Assembly: GCA_051942205.1 (NCBI GenBank)
Contig: JAVECO010000055.1
Coordinates: 62,001 to 122,737, forward strand
Length of the DNA: 60,737 nucleotides
DNA from: Coniocarpon cinnabarinum
Taxonomy: Eukaryota
Direction of reading: 5' to 3'
The notes under the pieces were generated by a model. That model was not told the origin of the DNA. It worked only from the letters and a program-made list of their open reading frames with translations, and searched no databases. Below, one piece after another: positions 25,086-38,490 of the stretch. Position numbers and translations under genes: made by a program. Positions within the stretch are counted from its first letter, which is position 1. Each line of letters starts with the position of its first letter.

Positions 25086-26220
25086 CTTGCTGAAGATTTA
25101 TAAAGACGATGGCGTCGACTGATAGACCGATGCGTGGTAATGATGGCGACTTCTCAAGGACAAAAAGACTTCTTTATGGGACTGTCCCAAGCTCCATAAG
25201 TGTTTATGGAAAAGCCTCCTGTATACGTCTGCTGGCGTATATCGAACACAAATGGCGAGCGTGCCTTCTCACTCTTGTGGGCTATGCCCACAGGTTGGAA
25301 TCAATAGGCAAAATAATCAAGTCCGGTTTCGATTGCAGTTCGACTTCCCCAGAAACGTGCGCCCGAAAGCGCACCAATCGAAGGTGTCAACAGCACTTGG
25401 GCTTTTCCCTTTCGGTCAAATTATGGTGGCTTCTTGCAGCCACCGCAAACGGCCCAGAACCCAGGGCCGAAGAGTGGTCGAAGGTATGAGACGTTGGAAA
25501 TGTTGATGCCCGCCAACTTGAAGGCTCTTCGAGTACTATGACTTAATGATGGGCTGAGTTGTTCGTAGTTTGGTAGAGGTGTTTGCTCTAGGCGTGCCAG
25601 TCTGTCTGAGTGTGATCGGAAGATGATACAACACTGTAGGACAGGCAGTATTTGATGTTTGAATGTGCTTGCTTGGAGATCGAATGTGACGAGTGAAATA
25701 GTTCTAGGCTAGTGCAAAGCGAAAGCGATCTGTAAAAGCATGAGTGCTGATCGTGGAAAGGCCGAGTGGAAAGAAACAAGCGAAGGCGCGCGCGGAGAAG
25801 TTGGAGAAGAAAATGCGCTCACCAGTACGAAAATTTGCTGATCGGCTTAAGCGCAAGGGGCAAGACGCGCCAATTGCCGAGGGCCAAGCGATGAGATGGG
25901 AACCAGGTTGTGCTGTTGGACTTGGATCAAAGCATATCCCGAAGCACTTTGATGATGCTGGACACGGGGAGGCTTTCAGGGTATCAAAGGCGAGAGTGCA
26001 GAAAGTGGAAATAGCATAGACAGACAATGAGATGCAATCGATCTGAACCGCAACTAAGGGCTCTCATGCAGCCAAGCCGGTCCCTTGCGGGCGATTCCGA
26101 CAAGCGCCCTTAGCCGCGCTATTCCATCGACAGAGTGCGACTCTTCGTCTGATCTTGAAAAATCGTGCAGGCCGCGCAGACTTAGAAACGCCTCTCTCCT
26201 GTCGCCCTTGTTTACTGGAG

Positions 26221-26606
26221 ATGGCGGAACAACTACTCGACCCTGTGCGCGACTTCATCGACGGCGGCTCCATCGTACGGCTCTCTGCGTTCACCTCCAG
26301 CTGGTGGCACTAACTCTCGTAGGACTTCGAAGGCCAGCGTCTGGCCGAGCAGCTGAACACTAATCTGCTGGCAATCACGGGTGTAAGCAACCGATATTTG
26401 CACGCGTTCGCAGGTCACTGATCGATATGCAGCTAATTTCGCTGGCGGTGGGCTACTTCGCGCAAGACATGTCATATACCCTTTGGAGCGGACTTGCGGG
26501 CACAGCCGTTGTGTTCCTAGCGGTCGTGCCACCATGGCCGTTTATGAATCGCAACAACATTAAGTGGCAACCAGCACAGAACGGGCTTGCCGGCATTAGA
26601 ATATAA
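26221..26606 (+). CDS. SPC1: Signal peptidase complex subunit Spc1 (SPC12), 3 exons
   Basis: Spliced protein MAEQLLDPVRDFIDGGSIDFEGQRLAEQLNTNLLAITGLISLAVGYFAQDMSYTLWSGLAGTAVVFLAVVPPWPFMNRNNIKWQP...; family signatures IDFEGQ and VPPWP. Confidence 0.9.
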
Positions 26607-26928
26607 GTGAAGAAGAAGTGGGAAACCAAATTCGGCAGGATTCATATTTGGCATGGTCTGTTTCAACAAAACTCGAAGTGAGCTTTCCCAAGGACTCGCG
26701 CTCTATGATATGCGCGACAAGACTCATCTCCTCCGAAGACCTCTGCTTGTCCTGCAGAATGCCCTGCAGAATGCGATCTACATTCAGCCTCGGATTCCTT
26801 AAGCCACGTCTCAGTTGGCAGACTCAGCCTTTCTCCAAAACGCCGGTAATTTATGCTTCATCGCATGCCATTCGTTGCTCATGTCAGGCGATTCAATCTT
26901 TGAGTATAGCTCGAACCTGCGAACTTGT

Positions 26929-27376
<448 letters not shown>

Positions 27377-28635
27377 GTCAAAAGTAGGACTGTAACTAGA
27401 GATGATTTATTCGGTGCGGGTAAAGTTGAAGTTGTGTGCTGAAGAGTAATGTCCAGGCTTCCGGAAACGGTTGACTGTCTTTAACAATCGCAGAAGTATA
27501 CTGTGCTAGGTGCAGCGTAGATGGGCAAAGTTGTCGCCCGTTCCTTCGCACAGTGTCAGGACAGAGCGGTACGCTGGAAGAAGTTTGCTGTGCTAAAGAA
27601 GGCAACAATGGTTTGGCATGCACAATTACCTTGGACGCAAAGACATGCGAAAGGCGTCGAGCTGGCCAAAAGTAGTAGCGAGCCGCACGTACGCCTTGGA
27701 AAAATTATGGCACAGATCTCATCTCTACTCCAGATGCATTCTACCATTCTTACCTTCACCGGACGAGTCTACCTCTCACCTCAAGAGCCTCGCAGGATAG
27801 TACCTGCCACGCTATTATTCAGCGTCTTGTCACTGACAAACGCCTACCGTCGCTAAAGTCATGGATTTATGACCTGAATTATGCTTGTCATACAGGCTCG
27901 TCTTGGTTTCACCAGACGGATCTAGCTTACACAGGCTTCATTTCATTGCTGTTCTGTCAGTTCGTGTCCATTATCAGTCTCGCATGTTTACGTCCGAGGT
28001 AAAGTGCCTTTGGACGTCCTATAGCTAGCCATTTTCACAAGATTTGATTATACCAAGTTATCACCAGTGTAAGTCTGCTGCTAGTAGTAGTCGAGCTTCA
28101 CGTATCAATTCTTGCATTTGCAGTGCTCTCTTAGCTTATATTTGTATGCAAGTGCAGCTATAGACTTCGCTGAAGATGTAGATGTTGTAGCATCGTTCCT
28201 TTCAGCCATCTTTCGCTGATCTGTTGCTGCTCTCGTATTGTAGTGTCGGTGCTATAACCACAGCAGCCCAAAAGGAAGAAAACGCGGCAGAACTACTTGA
28301 CATTCAATGGATTGCCAGAGAGAAGAGTCAACAGCCAATCCCTTTCGCCACAGGAGCGTAGCACCCAAGGCGCCCTAATATCGCCCAGGGCTTGGGACTT
28401 ACCAAACTTTCATTCTGCCAAAGGTATGTCGTTCAGCACGTGGCTTAATGAGGCAGTCTCATTGCCTCGCAAAATGGAGACGAACTTTATGGTCTGAAAA
28501 CGAGCCAGTCACGTGGATGCAGTGCAGTTTTCGACTTTGGGTTAACGATCATATAAGGTCAGTAAGCACAGCTGCTGCGTTCATCCCCCAAGGTTGTCAA
28601 TCACTGTTAGGCTTTGACCGTTCATTTCCAACAGA

Positions 28636-30790
28636 ATGGCCGTCCTCTTAGCGTACGACTATGTCTTTGCAATGTATGGACATCTTCGCAAATGTTCGTG
28701 GTATCCACATACCTGACGCCTACCTAGTGGCACCTGTTTCGCTATGCTTTATGCCTACCACAACAACGGGGCAAACGATGTTTCAAACTGATGGGCAACC
28801 AGTGTCTTGAGTCGTAGCATCAGCTACGGCTGGGCAATGGTCTGCGCCTTGGTCTTTGAACTCCTTGATGCACTCACCGTTGGGTCACGAACAGCCGTTA
28901 CTATAAAGAATGGCATCATCCTCCATTCGGCCTTTCAAGACGACGCCGGCAAACAGATGCTCGCTTTTACTTGTGCTCCTGCCGGCGCCAGCTCCTGGGT
29001 AATGTAGTGTACGCGCCACTCTGCGCACGTCTCTTCAACGTATTCGTTAACCTCTGCGGTGGATGGTGTCAGTGTCGCCACTGCTGGAGCTTCGAACGTG
29101 GTATGTAATCAAGTGCACCCTTCTTTCTGTCTGTGTAAGAGACGCACACATGATCCAGGAATGGGGCTGGAACCAGGGTCAAGGTGTTGCTGACATCTTC
29201 AGCGGGCTTGCTATTGCATCTGCTGCCGCTGAAGTCTTTGCTGCAGCTATTTTCACGCTGCTCAAGTTCACAGTTCATATGCGTAAGCAGGCAACACCGG
29301 GGGCTGTGTGGACATCGCCCTTCTTTTTTTTTTTTGATTGCAGGTATCATCTGCACACTTTCTTGTTTACAGAGGATCTCCAAACCTAAAATTGGATACA
29401 AAGCCTGGATGGTATATCGCGTCTGTCAGCCTGGGACGCGGCTTCAGTCTTGAGACTTTGGCTGCTGTGTTCTTCGTACCGTGGTTGCATACTAAAGTTA
29501 TTCGGAAGGACGCTTCTATTTGCGTGTAAGTCTCAGGTTGCAGCTGGCTCAGCCTCGAGATGTCTGATGTTTCTTTAGATGCCATGTTTTCCTCCGTCCT
29601 TTCTTTTGAAATCGTATAACTTCTCCAGATGGCTCTGAGGCTAAAGTGCCGAATCATGCGGTTGTCCAGCATGATGACGACAGTCGCAGCTCTAGCAAAG
29701 ACGGAAACTCCATGCACGCCATACAGGAGGAGCAGCAAGACAAGAACCTCACGCAAATGCTCACGCAAATGGAGTTCAGACCAGTGAAGACTTACAAAGA
29801 GCTGCTGACTGAGAGGTAAGAAAGGCTGCTTACGAAATTAAGATAGAAGAAGGGGCCCTATGGGCTGGGCGATGAGGACTTTGCAGTAAGTCGAGATGGA
29901 ACCCTCCACAACCTAGTAGAGATTGCTTACGGTCTTTTGAAGCAACAACCCTACGGGCATGGGTCGTACTTGCGAGCTGAACAAACCTTGCCATATTTTT
30001 GAAGGGCCTTCCTGCCATGATCGTCGTGGGCGCGTTCTACGGCATGTATTATAATCCCCATGCCGCACAGAATGGGATAGGAGGAACTCGTGAGGGTGCT
30101 CGCTTGGCACGAGTATACAGTCACGCGGAACAGGATCCCGACGAGGTGGAACATACCTATTCGTTCGTACAGATCATCACAGCCTGCACGGCATCATTAG
30201 CGCACAGAGCTAACGATATTGGCAACGCTGTAAGTGGAAGTCTGTTCCTAGCCGCCAGATGCGCACACATTAACACGTCCATCAGGTGGGTCCATGGGCT
30301 GTCATATATGGAGTGTGGCAGTCGGGCGATGTGGCCAAATCTACAGCCAGAGTTACTCCATGGCAACCCTAGTGTTTGGGTTTGTCACCTACGGATACAA
30401 TATCATGAACGTTATGGCACACTGTCTTCGGATCTTCTCGTTGTTTTGACGAATAGTAGAGTGCTGATGAGCGTGCAGGGGAACAAAATAACTTATCATT
30501 CTCCAGAGGCTCGTCCATGGAAATGGGAGCTGCAAGCACCGTCTCACCGTCTTGGTGTTCTCTCAGTACAAGCTTCCAGTCTCGACGTTCGTGTGCATCA
30601 TAGGCGCCACAACAGGCGTTGGGTCTCTGCAATGGGACTTTCAGGGCCGTCAGTTGGCAACGGGAGGGCTTTTTGTTTTTTTCCTGGATCATGACCATCC
30701 CTGTGGCTGGAACGCTTGCTGGCGTGATCATGGGCGTTGTTCTCAACGTCTCTCACTTCCAGCAGACCAGTCTGGAGCTTTCATGGGAAT
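28636..30790 (+). pseudogene. PHO89: Pseudogene of a PiT/PHO4-family Na+/phosphate symporter (PHO89-like)
   Basis: Motifs YDYVFAIGT, NNGANDVSN, TIKNGII, HVSSTYS, WGWN, YRGSPNL, YSFVQIITACTASLAHRANDIGNA, GNKITYHSP, LPVST. In-frame stops at 28789-28791 (TGA) and 29005-29007 (TAG); homologous segments switch frame twice around 29320-29370. Confidence 0.88.
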
Positions 30791-31920
30791 TCCATTAGTG
30801 ACAAAGGCCTCGTGGGTGAGTACTTTCCGCACGATAATTCAGCGTTTGCTGAGTTCTAAACGGCTTTCGCCGTCGCACTTATAGCTTTGTGAAGTGGATT
30901 GTGCTTATTGTACAGACTGCTCGCCCAGACGTCAATGACTTTGTCTACGACTTGTATGGTCATACAGTCTCTATGAGTGTGGCATCAGCTGGTCCGGGGT
31001 ATGATACCAGGAATGGTGGCGCAATTGCTACAGCACAGATATAATCCTATCTCCTTGAATTTTCGAGATTTTATCAAGACTCTCAATTCTATAGTCAATT
31101 TTTCGAGCAGATACGGCGTATGCTCATAATCGAGCAATCTCACTGTAGGTCGCCTCATGACTTATGCGACCTGACCTCGGTCTGTAAGTGTTCAAACCAA
31201 ATAGCTACATGAGGTCAATGAAGGATGAAGGGTGAACACGCGTATCCTTCAGGTGGGAAATGTAATGCCACCATCCAAATCAGGTAATGCAAAGCGTCTT
31301 CCTTCCTCGACATAGACTCCCCTCACGAGTCGCAGAGATCACGAGCTGGTGGGGTATGGTCACGATGGAAAGCAATCGACGCGATAAGGCCACGCAAGGT
31401 GAAGGAGAGAGAAGAGCCTAACGTGTCAGGCTTCCACACCGGGCCGCCACTAGCGCGCGGAGCCGCCCAGCAACGTCACTGCGGCGGCCGCTGCGAGCAC
31501 CGCCTTCTGCTTTATTCGCGCCATCATCTTCCTTGTTATCTTTCCCCTACCTACCTTCACAATGTTATCCGGTCTTTCGTATGCTTTGCTTGCCGAGCTT
31601 GCGCCAAACCCAATGATTCCGTCACTCTCAACGTCTTTTGCCGCTTCCCACCAAACAACGTATGTGTTGCGGCGACATATCCCACGATAAACCACAACTG
31701 CAAAGGCCTTGCAGGACAGTGCTTGCCGAAACAGAATTCAGCACGTTAGAAAGCGCAAAGGGGCTTTCGACGTTGTACCCGTAGCCTTGTGATACAAATT
31801 ATCCTCCTCGTATAGGCTCGCCGCCTAGATTGAGACCCGACAACGACTTTTATCCACAATCCTTGCCGTTCGTCAGAAAGCAACTCCACACACGCATCGC
31901 GCCCAGCTCATTTCCAGCTC

Positions 31921-33264
31921 ATGTCACAACCCGCGCAGTCACAGACCCCAAGCGGGGTTGCGAAGAAGCAACGGCAAAGCAGCTCACAACATCTTCCAGA
32001 TCAACCGCCCGGCCGACAACTAGAGCCCTTCTTCGATGAATCCGTGGCGGGAGATGCCATCCAACCAAGCTTAAGCGCCGCATCCAAGCCCAAAGCAAAA
32101 CCAAGAAACGCACATAAAAAGCCGAAAAAGTTGACCCCTCCCAAGTCAAATCAACCCCAGCAATGTCTCGGGGCTGGTCCAAACCTTCCCCCGGAACGAG
32201 GCTATCACTCGGAGAGCGGCACTGCGCATTTCATCAACGGCAGCCGAAGTCGTACCAACTCAATTGATCAAGTTGCCGTTGCTGCAGCGAACGGGGCGCA
32301 ACATGCCCCGCAGCCGCATTCCGCTCACAACCTCGATCAGAACGGCTTGACGAACGGCACTCCTGCTAAGCAAGTGTACGCAGGCCCCAACTTTCTGGCA
32401 TCGCCCGCGGCCTCATCATTACCCATACCCAAGGCTTTCGCAAAGGGCATGCGGACTACTTCCACGCCCTCAGAGCCAAAGACTGCCCCATTAAACGACG
32501 AGCGTGCACAGTCTACGCCGTTGAGCCAAGCCGAGCGAGCAGAATTTCACTCCGGACGTGAAGGGTCTCCACTAGACTTTCTATTCGATGCAGACAAGGC
32601 AGAGCGCCTTCGACAAAATAGCTCAAGTGCCTCTCCGCAGCCTTCTTCTCGACCACAGCCTCCTTCAAGTAGATCTGCAAGCTCGAGGTCTTTGCGCCCT
32701 ACACCACTGCAAGAGAATCGCTCGCGAAGTCATGGTGCCAGCCCGTCTCGGAGGGACTTGTTCATGCAAGAGATGGATGGAATCGATGAACAATCGGACT
32801 CACCTGATCAAGATGAGACGCCAGTCACTGCAACATACCAACAACGAATGAACGCAATACGAGCCACCAAGCAACAAGTATCACCCAGCAGCAACAGTGC
32901 AGCAGCACCCTCACTGCCTCAAGACTCACAAACAGAGGCCCTCAAGCAAATGCTCTTCAAGTCTCAACCACCCAAATCACCAGACCCACTCCCAGTGCAG
33001 ACACAGCCTAGTCCGCAGCGCAACCGCAAATCTATATCCGTCGATATTGGCTCCAATAACAAATACCCGCAATATGGTCATCTATCTCCCATGCGGGTAG
33101 CAAGCTCTGACATGCCCTCGCAACATCCTCGGCCCCTTCCACTACGCCAGGTCTCTGTGGAGCAAAGGACGGCTTCCAATCCGGCTGTTCCCAACTCCGC
33201 GTCGCCAGCAGACATCAAGATGATGGAAGACAATCTACGCAAATTTCTCAAGATAGGATCTTAG
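31921..33264 (+). CDS. Disordered P/S/Q-rich protein with an Edc1/PNRC2-type decapping-activator motif
   Basis: 447-aa ORF containing VYAGPNFLASPAASSLPIP (YAGxxF followed by a proline-rich LPxP) and short helical leucine motifs TEALKQMLF and MEDNLRKFLKIG. Confidence 0.8.
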   Translation: MSQPAQSQTPSGVAKKQRQSSSQHLPDQPPGRQLEPFFDESVAGDAIQPSLSAASKPKAKPRNAHKKPKKLTPPKSNQPQQCLGAGPNLPPERGYHSESGTAHFINGSRSRTNSIDQVAVAAANGAQHAPQPHSAHNLDQNGLTNGTPAKQVYAGPNFLASPAASSLPIPKAFAKGMRTTSTPSEPKTAPLNDERAQSTPLSQAERAEFHSGREGSPLDFLFDADKAERLRQNSSSASPQPSSRPQPPSSRSASSRSLRPTPLQENRSRSHGASPSRRDLFMQEMDGIDEQSDSPDQDETPVTATYQQRMNAIRATKQQVSPSSNSAAAPSLPQDSQTEALKQMLFKSQPPKSPDPLPVQTQPSPQRNRKSISVDIGSNNKYPQYGHLSPMRVASSDMPSQHPRPLPLRQVSVEQRTASNPAVPNSASPADIKMMEDNLRKFLKIGS

Positions 33265-35257
33265 CTGTGTGCGTGGTTGGGGGATGGCGTTAAGTTTTAT
33301 CAATGATGAAAAGCGGTCATACTTAACGAATCTTCGGGATGGTTTACAATGGTCTGGTTTGGGCCGGGCGAGAGGTCTCCCGGGTGTGATTGCACAAGGC
33401 ATTTCGCTGGCTGGCGCTTTAGCTGCTGGATAACATGGACATATGGGACTCATTTGGGACTTGTGTCACTGACTTGGGTTGTGCTTGTAGGTCTGCCCAT
33501 GCAGGATCTGGTCAGAGCGCGGCTCACGTCATTTCATACGCCCTCACTAATGGCTTGGAGCAGGGTCTGGATCACTTCGCTCAATGTGGCGGGAAGGGGT
33601 ACGATTTCATGCGTCACGAAGCACGTGGCATACCTGGCTGGATGGACGCTCATGACGTTGGGAATGGGGAGCTTGGGTATGAGTGCACGGCGCATCATGC
33701 ATGACAGGTGTGGTGTCGGGTGAGAGCACCTACTCGACATGCTTCGTAAGATGAATGAGATGTCAATGTGTGATCTGCGGCAGCTATACAATGTCTAGCT
33801 AGATCAAACAATGAGCATCATTACCCCATCTGCCTCTGAAAAAACTTCTTGCCGTGAACGACCCTGCGATACTATTTTCTGAATCTATTATTAATGTAGT
33901 AGATGCCTCAGACGGCAAGGGTCAAGCATAAGAGTACTTGCCGCATGTTAATGCAACAACTTGTGAGGAGCAGGCGGCTTTCGCCATCGTGTCCATAGCT
34001 TTTTGATCCGAATCTTGGTCATCGCACAGGCTCGCCGCCTGGATTGATAGGTATCCGGCATTGACTTTTGTCCATGAGGCTTGCGGTGTTTAAGCCGAGC
34101 AGGGACGCGTGGCAACCGATCATCATCCCTTCACACAGAGGGCAAGTCGATACGTACCATTAACATAATGTATCCAATAGCCTCAAGCGTGAACTTCTCC
34201 AGTATAGATCACACAAGCATTATCCATTCGAGCTCTGCTTTAATCGTAAGGTATGGTTTTCGTGGGAGGAATGCAGCGATAATTCAACAGGGGGGCCTAA
34301 GGAGTGTCGGTCAATAACAAAAGGCGGTCAACGCCTATACACTTCCAATCTAAGAACTACTCTATATTTTTCGCCTCATGCTCTCTGCTCCTCGACTCAT
34401 CTGTTGGGCCCCCGCCACATTCTCGACGCATGCGAGTCTGTTTGCAACTATTTTTCGTCTCTGGCGTTTCGGAAGAATTTCCTGGACTGTGCCCACCAAA
34501 ACGAGGGCGAAATAGGTGAGCGTGAGTTTTCTTTGGGTTCAAAAAAGTCACGGTGTCGAAAAGAGAGATGGAACGAAGAGGCAAGATAAACAAACGGCAT
34601 GGCTGGTATCTTGCTATCAATGGAAAAGTAGACTTGGACTTTTATTCTCTCACCACCACTAGCTGTAAATAGCTAGACATAGTAGAAGAGCAGATTGAGA
34701 ATAGAACAAATCATATCATTACGAATTGACGATACAAGATGCAAATGTTGCCTAGCTGAACAGCGTATAATACATTGATGCCAAAATTTTCAAGCATTGA
34801 ACTGTGCAAAAGGGGTAAATACAATACTCCTGCACCTTTGAAAGAAGCCAGAAAAAGGTGTATCAGAAGCGCAAAAAGATGCGCAGGCGTATTGTTGCTA
34901 CTCAAGAAGCGTATTCTAGCTGTCACCGTAAGCCTCAAAGCTCTGCATATGGGTCACCGTCGCCGGCAACTCCCCGACAGGGTAGCTGAGGCGAACCCTA
35001 AGGTGCTTACCCTGCCGGAAAATCTGCCCCTTTTTGAGACCGCGCCGGCGACAGCAACACCCACACTGAACTTCTGAAGTTGCTGCAACAGCCTTTATAT
35101 GTTCTTTGAGCAGCAGAGATACGCCCGCAGACGTTTTTGCGCTTCCGAAAGACCTCATTTTGGTCCCTTGACCACTTTTTTCGATCCACCCACCAAACCA
35201 TCTCCTACCTACACAAAACAAAAGAAGAAGATGAAGAGCTTTTGCAAAAGCATACAC

Positions 35258-35361
35258 CGACGAAGACAAGATTCGAACTTGCGCCTGGCGAAATATGGGT
35301 TAATTCTGATGTTATTTGGTGAAGAAATGAAGATTTGAGCTTACCCCCGAAGGGAATTGAT

Positions 35362-35392
<31 letters not shown>

Positions 35393-35398
35393 TTCGTC
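35258..35398 (-). tRNA. tRNA-Ser(AGA) split by a 60-nt GT-AG intron (exons 35398-35345 and 35284-35258)
   Basis: Joined exons give GACGAAG TG GCC GAGCGGTTAA GGC G ATTGA CTAGAAA TCAAT TCCCTTCGGGG GC GCAAG TTCGAAT CTTGT CTTCGTC G: a complete 81-nt cloverleaf with long variable arm, G discriminator and intact A and B boxes. Confidence 0.88.
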
Positions 35399-36163
35399 TG
35401 TAATTATGCTCAGATATGCTCAGATTTACAATATATGCGCTGATCAATTCAAAAGCCCCGGAAAAACTCCACTTTCTCTACGGGAACCCGAGCCCCGAAT
35501 TACAAGGGGGTATAAATTTGGCGTCGGTTCCAATGTATTCGTCTTATCTTCGAAAGAGGCTTTTAGAGACGCAAAAGCGTTCCCCATACAGCTTACAACG
35601 AGCTTACTTGAGCAGAACCGCACCCAGCAATTTGGCAAGAAATTAATATCAATATAGAGGGTCTGGGAAGTCTACGAATCTAAGGGTAATAGTGTGATGC
35701 TTGCGCTGAGCTTTTGCGCCATAGTCTTTGATACTACACTACTCGGAGAGCTCAACAGTACGTACAAAACCACACGTCACAAGATACAAGATTTCCACGT
35801 TGCCCAAATGTGAAAACAAGCAGAAGAGGTCTCTCGACAGCGTAAAAACGTGCGCGGACGTTATCGTGACCCTCAACTACTCTACTCAGGCTGCTGCAGT
35901 GAGTGGAAGATTTGTACAAGGCTCATCGTCGCAAGGGCCTCGTAGCAAAGTAATTGCCGCCCTTCGACCCTGCAATCTTCTGGGTCGTAAAAGCCTCTCG
36001 CCGTTGTACTCATAGCTTTGTGACCTGAACTTCTCGTACCATACAGGCTCGGCTCCCAGACTGAAATCCAGCGACTTTCGTCCATGACCCTTGTCGCCTC
36101 CGTGTTCCCGGCAGGGTAAGATACCAATTGGTTCAATCTAGTTTGCCAAGCAGAGGAGCTTCT

Positions 36164-36332
36164 GTAGGTTGAGCCTCCATCCGCGCCGTTTGTGAGCTGA
36201 GCATTCCCACTCGCCGTGTGTGAGCTGAGCTATCCTCCTCGCCGTGTGTGAGTTGAGCTATCCTCCTTGTCGTAGGTGAGATGAGCTTTCCTCTGTGAGT
36301 TGAGTTTTCCCCCCTATGTTGTACAGGTTGAG
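36164..36332 (+). repeat. Degenerate minisatellite (GTGAGCTGAGC/GGTTGAGC-containing units of ~25-28 bp)
   Basis: Recurrent cgccgtgtgtgagYtgagctatcctcct-like units. Confidence 0.6.
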
Positions 36333-38490
36333 CGCCATCTGCGCTGCAGATCCTCGTATGAGATTTGTACAGGGTGTACATGGGCCAGTCGATGAAGCAC
36401 AGGGTTGCAACCGTGTGGAGATTCCCTAGAGAAGAGCTCGTATCTTAACGCGATTCGAGGGTCTAGTTCCTGTTCTGAGATTCTACCAAACCAAGCTCAT
36501 TTAATAGTCCCTTCTGTGACGCTTGTCATCAATGAGTCCATTTGGACGATGTCCCGTCGCAAAAGATTCATTCACGCCATGTAGCTCGGCGTTTCCAATT
36601 GGGTATCACATCAATCGACCAAGCATCATACAGCCCGACAGCTTGTTGGTACAGAGCCAGCATAGTCGGTTAAAGAGACAAATGGACGTTTCATACTCAG
36701 GAATCCTACCCGCCAACAGTCGGGTTTGCACTAGTATTGTCGAGCATGCAATAACAGCACGCCTATTTTGGCACATGTCTGATCTGGCCGCGCGTGCTGT
36801 TGGCAGTCCAACTGGTTATGACGAGAGTTTCCCTACAGACTGCGTTGTGCTGCGTCTTTTGACGGAGCTGACGATCTAGATGAGGAGCTGTTCCGGGCCT
36901 TCGTTAATCAAGAACTGACTACAGGCAACTCCAGAGCTGCAAAGACGAGATGTCAGACGGAAGCCTTCCCAGCTTTGTGGGTCGCGATCATGGGGCTTAC
37001 AGTATTCAGGTTCTCTATCCTACCGTATACGTCCTACCTGCCCGGACGGCACCAGCGACAATGACCCTCCTACAGAGCCGCGTAGCCTTGCTCAAGTGCT
37101 CGTACAGGGGCCTTTAGTGCTGTTTGTGTATGCGTAGAGGCTTTCACGTCTCTCAAGTAGCTCTCTTCGATCGTTTGCAAAGCCACTGGACACAAATATC
37201 GGACGAAAGGGCTTGCAACAATGAGACTGCTGCATAAATTGTGCCCATTTGTTATTATGAGGCGTCGGTCTCTGCGCGATAAGTATGATATTGGCCCAGC
37301 AGGACTTCTAGAGGAGACAAGTCTTACACACGCTAGAGTAGGTCTATTCTAACCATTCAAAACCTCTTGCTTGACCGAAACACGGGAGCGCGACCCAGGC
37401 TTACTTTACAGGCGAGACTTGCACATTGCTTGACTTTGTGAGTCTCTCCTAGTTGTTAACGAGTAACTGCTCTCAGGTTATCTACCTTCAGTGCTGTCCA
37501 AGACATTCAGATATGGCATGGTAACCAAAATCGTGACGCAAATGCCACAGCAATAATCTCACATCATTTCTGTGCATTTTTAGGACTTTGTCAAGAATCT
37601 ATGTTTCAGGGTCATTTTCTAGACATATTCCTGGGCGTATCTTCACTTGAACAACCTGACTATGTTGGTTTGAGTGTAGAACACTTTATCATTGCTCTCA
37701 TGCGTCAATACTCATGCGAGCTGACTTCGAGCGGCATAGGCGGGAACGTGGTAGCCGTGTCGACGACTACGGCGGCGATCTATCTGACGCTTATGCCACT
37801 CGTATACAAGAGCAACTCGACCTGTCCTTCCCATGAACAAGGAAGAACGCTCATACTGAAAGATCTGCCTTCACTACCGCAACAGTATCCTTCCAGTCGA
37901 TACCAGCAAACGCACATGATACATCATGAGACTGACATCACGGCCATCCGTATGGATGCACCATCACTTCTCTCAGGTCCAAGGTTGAGTCGCACAAGTC
38001 GTAGCGCAAAGAGACGCAACGCCGAAAGAGCTCTGCACACAGCCGAAGTACAGTCAGATTATTAAGCATAGCATACCCAGTATTTCGCTAAGACAATGGT
38101 CCAACACCAGAACATGCCTGGGAAGTTCGCAACCTCCAGAACAATAATGTAGTATTTACGCTGTAGCTTTGCGCTGTGATCTCTGATACCACACCTTGAC
38201 CTCGCCCTTGCCCTCAGGACATGAACTCAAAAAGCACGCAGAACGTGTACGCACTCGTCATGTTGATTAGTAGATGCCGCGGCTCTACACACAACAATAA
38301 GGCTTTATTACATCACTATGATTCCTCATTAATAGATCTCCACTTTACGTGGCCGCTCATCAGTGATGCCTGCAGCGAGTCTCAGATTCCCGAGTCGAGA
38401 TATTACACTCAATACAAGTCGAAGCTATATGCTTGAGTAAGGTTCTAGCAGTTGAGTTGCGGATATCACATCATAACTTCGCTGATAACT

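Noticed and set aside
34390..35100. Possible decayed gene next to the tRNA
   Set aside because: Only short broken ORFs with no family I can recognise.
35285..35344. Canonical SEN-type tRNA intron as the explanation for the insert
   Set aside because: The insert is not at position 37/38, the anticodon loop is intact, and the ends are GTAAG...CAG.
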